64,000 bases of DNA, taken from NCBI GenBank assembly GCA_950097015.1, contig CATNEN010000009.1:682001-746000 (forward strand), in the 5' to 3' direction. Under the pieces are notes generated by a model. That model saw only the letters and a program-made list of their open reading frames with translations, made no database searches and had not been told where the DNA came from. The stretch is from Macrostomum hystrix. Its lineage: Eukaryota; Animalia; Platyhelminthes. Below, one piece after another: positions 54,996-64,000 of the stretch; the first letter of the stretch is position 1, and every line of letters starts with the position of its first letter. A program made the translations under genes and the position numbers.

Positions 54996-57157
54996 CTAGC
55001 ACACAGGACACTGTCCAATATGAGGCATGTGCTGTGTACTAGCACACAGGACACTGTCCAATATGAGGCATGTGCTGTGTACTAGCACACAGGACACTGT
55101 CCAATATGAGGTATGTGCTGTGTACTAGCACACAGGACACTGTCCAATATGAGGCATGTGCTGTGTACTAGCACACAGGACACTGTCCAATATGAGGCAT
55201 GTGCTGTGGACTAGCACACAGGACACTGTCCAATATGAGGCATGTGCTGTGTACTAGCACACAGGACACTGTCCAATATGAGGCATGTGCTGTGTACTAG
55301 CACACAGGACACTGTCCAATATGAGGCATGTGCTGTGTACTAGCACACAGGACACTGTCCAATATGAGGTATGTGCTGTGTACTAGCACACAGGACACTG
55401 TCCAATATGAGGCATGTGCTGTGTACTAGCACACAGGACACTGTCCAATATGAGGCATGTGCTGTGGACTAGCACACAGGACACTGTCCAATATGAGGCA
55501 TGTGCTGTGTACTAGCACACAGGACACTGTCCAATATGAGGCATGTGCTGTGTACTAGCACACAGGACACTGTCCAATATGAGGCATGTGCTGTGTACTA
55601 GCACACAGGACACTGTCCAATATGAGGTATGTGCTGTGTACTAGCACACAGGACACTGTCCAATATGAGGCATGTGCTGTGTACTAGCACACAGGACACT
55701 GTCCAATATGAGGCATGTGCTGTGGACTAGCACACAGGACACTGTCCAATATGAGGCATGTGCTGTGTACTAGCACACAGGACACTGTCCAATATGAGGC
55801 ATGTGCTGTGTACTAGCACACAGGACACTGTCCAATATGAGGCATGTGCTGTGTACTAGCACACAGGACACTGTCCAATATGAGGCATGTGCTGTGTACT
55901 AGCACACAGGACACTGTCCAATATGAGGCATGTGCTGTGTACTAGCACACAGGACACTGTCCAATATGAGGCATGTGCTGTGTACTAGCACACAGGGCAC
56001 TGTCCAATATGAGGCATGTGCTGTGTACTAGCACACAGGACACTGTCCAATATGAGGCATGTGCTGTGGACTAGCACACAGGACACTGTCCAATATGAGG
56101 CATGTGCTGTGGACTAGCACACAGGGCACTGTCCAATATGAGGCATGTGCTGTGTACTAGCACACAGGACACTGTCCAATATGAGGCATGTGCTGTGTAC
56201 TAGCACACAGGACACTGTCCAATATGAGGTATGTGCTGTGTACTAGCACACAGGGCACTGTCCAATATGAGGTATGTGCTGTGTACTAGCACACAGGGCA
56301 CTGTCCAATATGAGGCATGTGCTGTGTACTAGCACACAGGACACTGTCCAATATGAGGCATGTGCTGTGTACTAGCACACAGGGCACTGTCCAATATGAG
56401 GTATGTGCTGTGTACTAGCACACAGGACACTGTCCAATATGAGGTATGTGCTGTGTACTAGCACACAGGACACTGTCCAATATGAGGTATGTGCTGTGTA
56501 CTAGCACACAGGACACTGTCCAATATGAGGTATGTGCTGTGTACTAGCACACAGGACACTGTCCAATATGAGGCATGTGCTGTGGACTAGCACACAGGAC
56601 ACTGTCCAATATGAGGCATGTGCTGTGTACTAGCACACAGGACACTGTCCAATATGAGGCATGTGCTGTGTACTAGCACACAGGACACTGTCCAATATGA
56701 GGCATGTGCTGTGTACTAGCACACAGGACACTGTCCAATATGAGGTATGTGCTGTGTACTAGCACACAGGACACTGTCCAATATGAGGCATGTGCTGTGT
56801 ACTAGCACACAGGACACTGTCCAATATGAGGCATGTGCTGTGGACTAGCACACAGGACACTGTCCAATATGAGGCATGTGCTGTGTACTAGCACACAGGA
56901 CACTGTCCAATATGAGGCATGTGCTGTGTACTAGCACACAGGACACTGTCCAATATGAGGCATGTGCTGTGTACTAGCACACAGGACACTGTCCAATATG
57001 AGGCATGTGCTGTGTACTAGCACACAGGACACTGTCCAATATGAGGCATGTGCTGTGTACTAGCACACAGGACACTGTCCAATATGAGGCATGTGCTGTG
57101 TACTAGCACACAGGGCACTGTCCAATATGAGGCATGTGCTGTGGACTAGCACACAGG
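54996..57157. repeat. 43-bp minisatellite, about 50 copies
   Basis: ctagcacacaggacactgtccaatatgaggcatgtgctgtgta. The ggtatg variant at 55112, 55370 and 55628 marks a 258-bp (6-unit) higher-order repeat. Confidence 0.98.
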
Positions 57158-57722
57158 AAAATGTCCCAAGAGAACTCCATCACAAAAGGAAAGCAGGCAG
57201 GCGAGGCCAGTCCACTCACATTAGCTGTCAGCGATCGGCGCAGCGATTCTGAGAGTCCAGGCACGGATCAGGCAGTTGCCAAGCGAGTTCTAGCGAATGG
57301 CACTCTCGTGTATATACGAGCAGCATTTCGCCACGCGGGAGGCGCTGATCCTCATGGGATCGGAGGGACAGCTGAATCTTGACTCAGGGCTACCGCTGGC
57401 GGAGAGAGGGTCGGTCGGAGACGGTCCACTCCCCCTGATCCTGAGCCAGGGCAGCCCGGCACAACAGCTGCAGGGCTGGGGTGGGGCAGCCAGCAGGACC
57501 TGTCACCCTGATCCCTGCCCTCACCTTACCTCCCCACCTCCGGCAGGGCCTTCTTCGACAGACAGGCGAGTTCGCAAATCAACCAGGACAGAGAAATCGA
57601 TCAGTTCAAACGGCGGACAAAAACGCAGCTTAGTCAGAACTGGACTAAACGCATTGAACCTGGCGCTGCGCCAAACTGCACCGCCTTCTGCGGCCTGCAG
57701 AGACTCCTGGTGTGCCTGCCAA

Positions 57723-60700
57723 TATTCCTTCATTCATGGGAATAGATTAGCAATCCGTTCTATTCCTTCATTCATGGTTATAGATTAGCAATCCGTTCTA
57801 TTCCTTCATTCATGGGAATAGATTAGCAATCCATTCTATTCCTTCATTCATGGTTATAGATTAGCAATCCGTTCTATTCCTTCATTCATGGGAATAGATT
57901 AGCAATCCGTTCTATTCCTTCATTCATGGTTATAGATTAGCAATCCGTTCTATTCCTTCATTCATGGTTATAGATTAGCAATCCGTTCTATTCCTTCATT
58001 CATGGTTATAGATTAGCAATCCGTTCTATTCCTTCATTCATGGGTATAGATTAGCAATCCGTTCTATTCCTTCATTCATGGGAATAGATTAGCAATCAGT
58101 TCTATTCCTTCATTCATGGGTATAGATTAGCAATCAGTTCTATTCCTTCATTCATGGGTATAGATTAGCAATCCGTTCTATTCCTTCATTCATGGGTATA
58201 GATTAGCAATCCGTTCTATTCCTTCATTCATGGGTATAGATTAGCAATCCGTTCTATTCCTTCATTCATGGGTATAGATTAGCAATCCGTTCTATTCCTT
58301 CATTCATGGGAATAGATTAGCAATCCGTTCTATTCCTTCATTCATGGTTATAGATTAGCAATCCGTTCTATTCCTTCATTCATGGGAATAGATTAGCAAT
58401 CCGTTCTATTCCTTCATTCATGGGTATAGATTAGCAATCAGTTGTATTCCTTCATTCATGGTTATAGATTAGCAATCCGTTCTATTCCTTCATTCATGGT
58501 TATAGATTAGCAATCCGTTCTATTCCTTCATTCATGGTTATAGATTAGCAATCAGTTCTATTCCTTCATTCATGGTTATAGATTAGCAATCAGTTCTATT
58601 CCTTCATTCATGGGTATAGATTAGCAATCAGTTCTATTCCTTCATTCATGGTTATAGATTAGCAATCCGTTCTATTCCTTCATTCATGGGTATAGATTAG
58701 CAATCAGTTCTATTCCTTCATTCATGGGTATAGATTAGCAATCCGTTCTATTCCTTCATTCATGGGAATAGATTAGCAATCCGTTCTATTCCTTCATTCA
58801 TGGTTATAGATTAGCAATCAGTTCTATTCCTTCATTCATGGGTATAGATTAGCAATCCGTTCTATTCCTTCATTCATAGTTATAGATTAGCAATCCGTTC
58901 TATTCCTTCATTCATGGGAATAGATTAGCAATCAGTTCTATTCCTTCATTCATGGGTATAGATTAGCAATCCGTTCTATTCCTTCATTCATAGTTATAGA
59001 TTAGCAATCCGTTCTATTCCTTCATTCATGGGAATAGATTAGCAGTTCATTCTATTCCTTCATTCATGGGTATAGATTAGCAATCAGTTCTATTCCTTCA
59101 TTCATGGTTATAGATTAGCAATCCGTTCTATTCCTTCATTCATGGTTATAGATTAGCAATCCGTTCTATTCCTTCATTCATGGGAATAGATTAGCAGTTC
59201 ATTCTATTCCTTCATTCATGGGAATAGATTAGCAATCCGTTCTATTCCTTCATTCATGGGAATAGATTAGCAGTTCATTCTATTCCTTCATTCATGGGAA
59301 TAGATTAGCAATCCGTTCTATTCCTTCATTCATGGGAATAGATTAGCAATCCGTTCTATTCCTTCATTCATGGGAATAGATTAGCAATCAGTTCTATTCC
59401 TTCATTCATGGGAATAGATTAGCAGTTCATTCTATTCCTTCATTCATGGGAATAGATTAGCAATCCGTTCTATTCCTTCATTCATGGGAATAGATTAGCA
59501 GTTCATTCTATTCCTTCATTCATGGGAATAGATTAGCAATCCGTTCTATTCCTTCATTCATGGGAATAGATTAGCAATCCGTTCTATTCCTTCATTCATG
59601 GGAATAGATTAGCAATCAGTTCTATTCCTTCATTCATGGGAATAGATTAGCAGTTCATTCTATTCCTTCATTCATGGGAATAGATTAGCAATCAGTTCTA
59701 TTCCTTCATTCATGGGAATAGATTAGCAATCCGTTCTATTCCTTCATTCATGGGAATAGATTAGCAATCAGTTCTATTCCTTCATTCATGGGAATAGATT
59801 AGCAGTTCATTCTATTCCTTCATTCATGGGAATAGATTAGCAATCCGTTCTATTCCTTCATTCATGGGAATAGATTAGCAATCCGTTCTATTCCTTCATT
59901 CATGGGAATAGATTAGCAATCAGTTCTATTCCTTCATTCATGGTTATAGATTAGCAATCCGTTCTATTCCTTCATTCATGGGAATAGATTAGCAATCCGT
60001 TCTATTCCTTCATTCATGGGTATAGATTAGCAATCAGTTCTATTCCTTCATTCATGGGAATAGATTAGCAATCCGTTCTATTCCTTCATTCATGGGTATA
60101 GATTAGCAATCAGTTCTATTCCTTCATTCATGGGTATAGATTAGCAATCCGTTCTATTCCTTCATTCATGGGAATAGATTAGCAATCCGTTCTATTCCTT
60201 CATTCATGGTTATAGATTAGCAATCCGTTCTATTCCTTCATTCATGGTTATAGATTAGCAATCCGTTCTATTCCTTCATTCATGGTTATAGATTAGCAAT
60301 CCGTTCTATTCCTTCATTCATAGTTATAGATTAGCAATCCGTTATATTCCTTCATTCATGGGAATAGATTAGCAATCCGTTATATTCCTTCATTCATGGG
60401 AATAGATTAGCAATCAGTTCTATTCCTTCATTCATGGTTATAGATTAGCAATCAGTTCTATTCCTTCATTCATGGGAATAGATTAGCAATCCGTTATATT
60501 CCTTCATTCATGGGAATAGATTAGCAATCAGTTCTATTCCTTCATTCATGGTTATAGATTAGCAATCAGTTCTATTCCTTCATTCATGGGAATAGATTAG
60601 CAATCAGTTCTATTCCTTCATTCATGGTTATAGATTAGCAATCCGTTCTATTCCTTCATTCATGGGAATAGATTAGCAATCCGTTCTATTCCTTCATTCA

Positions 60701-63700
60701 TGGGTATAGATTAGCAATCCGTTCTATTCCTTCATTCATGGTTATAGATTAGCAATCCGTTCTATTCCTTCATTCATGGGAATAGATTAGCAATCAGTTC
60801 TATTCCTTCATTCATGGTTATAGATTAGCAATCCGTTCTATTCCTTCATTCATGGGAATAGATTAGCAATCAGTTCTATTCCTTCATTCATGGGTATAGA
60901 TTAGCAATCCGTTCTATTCCTTCATTCATGGTTATAGATTAGCAATCCGTTCTATTCCTTCATTCATGGTTATAGATTAGCAATCAGTTCTATTCCTTCA
61001 TTCATGGGAATAGATTAGCAATCAGTTCTATTCCTTCATTCATGGGTATAGATTAGCAATCCGTTCTATTCCTTCATTCATGGTTATAGATTAGCAATCA
61101 GTTCTATTCCTTCATTCATGGTTATAGATTAGCAATCCGTTCTATTCCTTCATTCATGGGTATAGATTAGCAATCAGTTCTATTCCTTCATTCATGGGTA
61201 TAGATTAGCAATCCGTTCTATTCCTTCATTCATGGTTATAGATTAGCAATCAGTTCTATTCCTTCATTCATGGTTATAGATTAGCAATCAGTTCTATTCC
61301 TTCATTCATGGGAATAGATTAGCAATCCGTTCTATTCCTTCATTCATGGGAATAGATTAGCAATCCGTTCTATTCCTTCATTCATGGTTATAGATTAGCA
61401 ATCCGTTCTATTCCTTCATTCATGGGAATAGATTAGCAATCAGTTCTATTCCTTCATTCATGGGTATAGATTAGCAATCCGTTCTATTCCTTCATTCATG
61501 GTTATAGATTAGCAATCCGTTCTATTCCTTCATTCATGGTTATAGATTAGCAATCAGTTCTATTCCTTCATTCATGGGTATAGATTAGCAATCCGTTCTA
61601 TTCCTTCATTCATGGGTATAGATTAGCAATCAGTTCTATTCCTTCATTCATGGTTATAGATTAGCAATCCGTTCTATTCCTTCATTCATGGGTATAGATT
61701 AGCAATCCGTTCTATTCCTTCATTCATGGGTATAGATTAGCAATCCGTTCTATTCCTTCATTCATGGTTATAGATTAGCAATCCGTTCTATTCCTTCATT
61801 CATGGTTATAGATTAGCAATCAGTTCTATTCCTTCATTCATGGGTATAGATTAGCAATCCGTTCTATTCCTTCATTCATGGGAATAGATTAGCAATCCGT
61901 TCTATTCCTTCATTCATGGGAATAGATTAGCAATCCGTTCTATTCCTTCATTCATGGTTATAGATTAGCAATCAGTTCTATTCCTTCATTCATGGTTATA
62001 GATTAGCAATCCGTTCTATTCCTTCATTCATAGTTATAGATTAGCAATCAGTTCTATTCCTTCATTCATGGGTATAGATTAGCAATCAGTTCTATTCCTT
62101 CATTCATGGGTATAGATTAGCAATCAGTTCTATTCCTTCATTCATGGTTATAGATTAGCAATCCGTTCTATTCCTTCATTCATGGTTATAGATTAGCAAT
62201 CAGTTCTATTCCTTCATTCATGGTTATAGATTAGCAATCCGTTCTATTCCTTCATTCATGGGTATAGATTAGCAATCCGTTCTATTCCTTCATTCATGGT
62301 TATAGATTAGCAATCAGTTCTATTCCTTCATTCATGGGTATAGATTAGCAATCAGTTCTATTCCTTCATTCATGGTTATAGATTAGCAATCCGTTCTATT
62401 CCTTCATTCATGGGTATAGATTAGCAATCCGTTCTATTCCTTCATTCATGGTTATAGATTAGCAATCAGTTCTATTCCTTCATTCATGGTTATAGATTAG
62501 CAATCCGTTCTATTCCTTCATTCATGGGAATAGATTAGCAATCAGTTCTATTCCTTCATTCATGGGAATAGATTAGCAATCAGTTCTATTCCTTCATTCA
62601 TGGTTATAGATTAGCAATCCGTTCTATTCCTTCATTCATGGTTATAGATTAGCAATCAGTTCTATTCCTTCATTCATGGGAATAGATTAGCAATCCGTTC
62701 TATTCCTTCATTCATGGTTATAGATTAGCAATCAGTTCTATTCCTTCATTCATGGTTATAGATTAGCAATCAGTTCTATTCCTTCATTCATGGGTATAGA
62801 TTAGCAATCAGTTGTATTCCTTCATTCATGGTTATAGATTAGCAATCCGTTCTATTCCTTCATTCATGGGAATAGATTAGCAATCAGTTCTATTCCTTCA
62901 TTCATGGGAATAGATTAGCAATCCGTTCTATTCCTTCATTCATGGGAATAGATTAGCAATCAGTTCTATTCCTTCATTCATGGGAATAGATTAGCAATCC
63001 GTTCTATTCCTTCATTCATGGGAATAGATTAGCAATCAGTTCTATTCCTTCATTCATGGGAATAGATTAGCAATCAGTTCTATTCCTTCATTCATGGGTA
63101 TAGATTAGCAATCAGTTGTATTCCTTCATTCATGGGTATAGATTAGCAATCCGTTCTATTCCTTCATTCATGGTTATAGATTAGCAATCAGTTCTATTCC
63201 TTCATTCATGGTTATAGATTAGCAATCCGTTCTATTCCTTCATTCATGGGTATAGATTAGCAATCCGTTCTATTCCTTCATTCATGGGAATAGATTAGCA
63301 ATCCGTTCTATTCCTTCATTCATGGTTATAGATTAGCAATCCGTTCTATTCCTTCATTCATGGTTATAGATTAGCAATCCGTTCTATTCCTTCATTCATG
63401 GGTATAGATTAGCAATCAGTTCTATTCCTTCATTCATGGGAATAGATTAGCAATCCGTTCTATTCCTTCATTCATGGTTATAGATTAGCAATCCGTTCTA
63501 TTCCTTCATTCATGGGTATAGATTAGCAATCAGTTCTATTCCTTCATTCATGGTTATAGATTAGCAATCCGTTCTATTCCTTCATTCATGGGTATAGATT
63601 AGCAATCCGTTCTATTCCTTCATTCATGGTTATAGATTAGCAATCCGTTCTATTCCTTCATTCATGGGAATAGATTAGCAATCCGTTCTATTCCTTCATT

Positions 63701-64000
63701 CATGGTTATAGATTAGCAATCCGTTCTATTCCTTCATTCATGGGAATAGATTAGCAATCAGTTCTATTCCTTCATTCATGGGAATAGATTAGCAATCCGT
63801 TCTATTCCTTCATTAATGGGAATAGATTAGCAATCAGTTCTATTCCTTCATTCATGGGAATAGATTAGCAATCCGTTCTATTCCTTCATTCATGGTTATA
63901 GATTAGCAATCCGTTCTATTCCTTCATTCATGGTTATAGATTAGCAATCAGTTCTATTCCTTCATTCATGGTTATAGATTAGCAATCCGTTCTATTCCTT
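57723..64000. repeat. 38-bp minisatellite, at least 165 copies, runs off the window
   Basis: ttcattcatgg(ga/gt/tt)atagattagcaatc(c/a)gttctattcc. Confidence 0.98.

Noticed and set aside
57297-57420. REALILMGSEGQLNLDSG resembling the C-terminus of a Penelope GIY-YIG domain
   Set aside because: Too short; no GIY/YIG motifs or RT sequence adjacent.
57723-64000. CRISPR-like array (palindromic 38-bp repeats); also considered for the 43-bp and 46-bp arrays
   Set aside because: Units are head-to-tail with no unique spacers, there are no cas genes, and the context is eukaryotic.

Overview
Eukaryotic, intron-rich animal genomic DNA with no prokaryotic features. GC-rich exons and introns packed with 17-46 bp minisatellites resemble the flatworm Macrostomum; that identification is an inference. 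The window has two compartments. (1) About 1-17.4 kb is AT-rich and free of minisatellites. It holds a 9-exon, frame-consistent KDZ (Kyakuja-Dileera-Zisupton) transposase gene on the minus strand, a convergent spliced gene with an HMG-box-like helix, three different mariner relics, a fold-back MITE, and a 533-bp insertion that splits one transposase exon. (2) About 17.9-64 kb holds host genes separated or interrupted by about 23 kb of unrelated tandem arrays. The host genes are SMIM7, a secreted PAN/Apple plus ConA-like protein, an Argos/giant-lens-like secreted protein, ATP synthase gamma, a profilin that splices in frame to a long Glu/Ala/Lys helical-repeat exon, and three orphan ORFs. This compartment also has a tRNA-derived SINE and a Buster-type hAT deletion derivative. 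All exon models were assembled by hand from GT/AG sites and phase continuity; no database search was run. Best leads: the apparently near-intact spliced KDZ element with its accessory gene, the rod-plus-profilin fusion, and the Argos-like gene with a triplicated splice donor.
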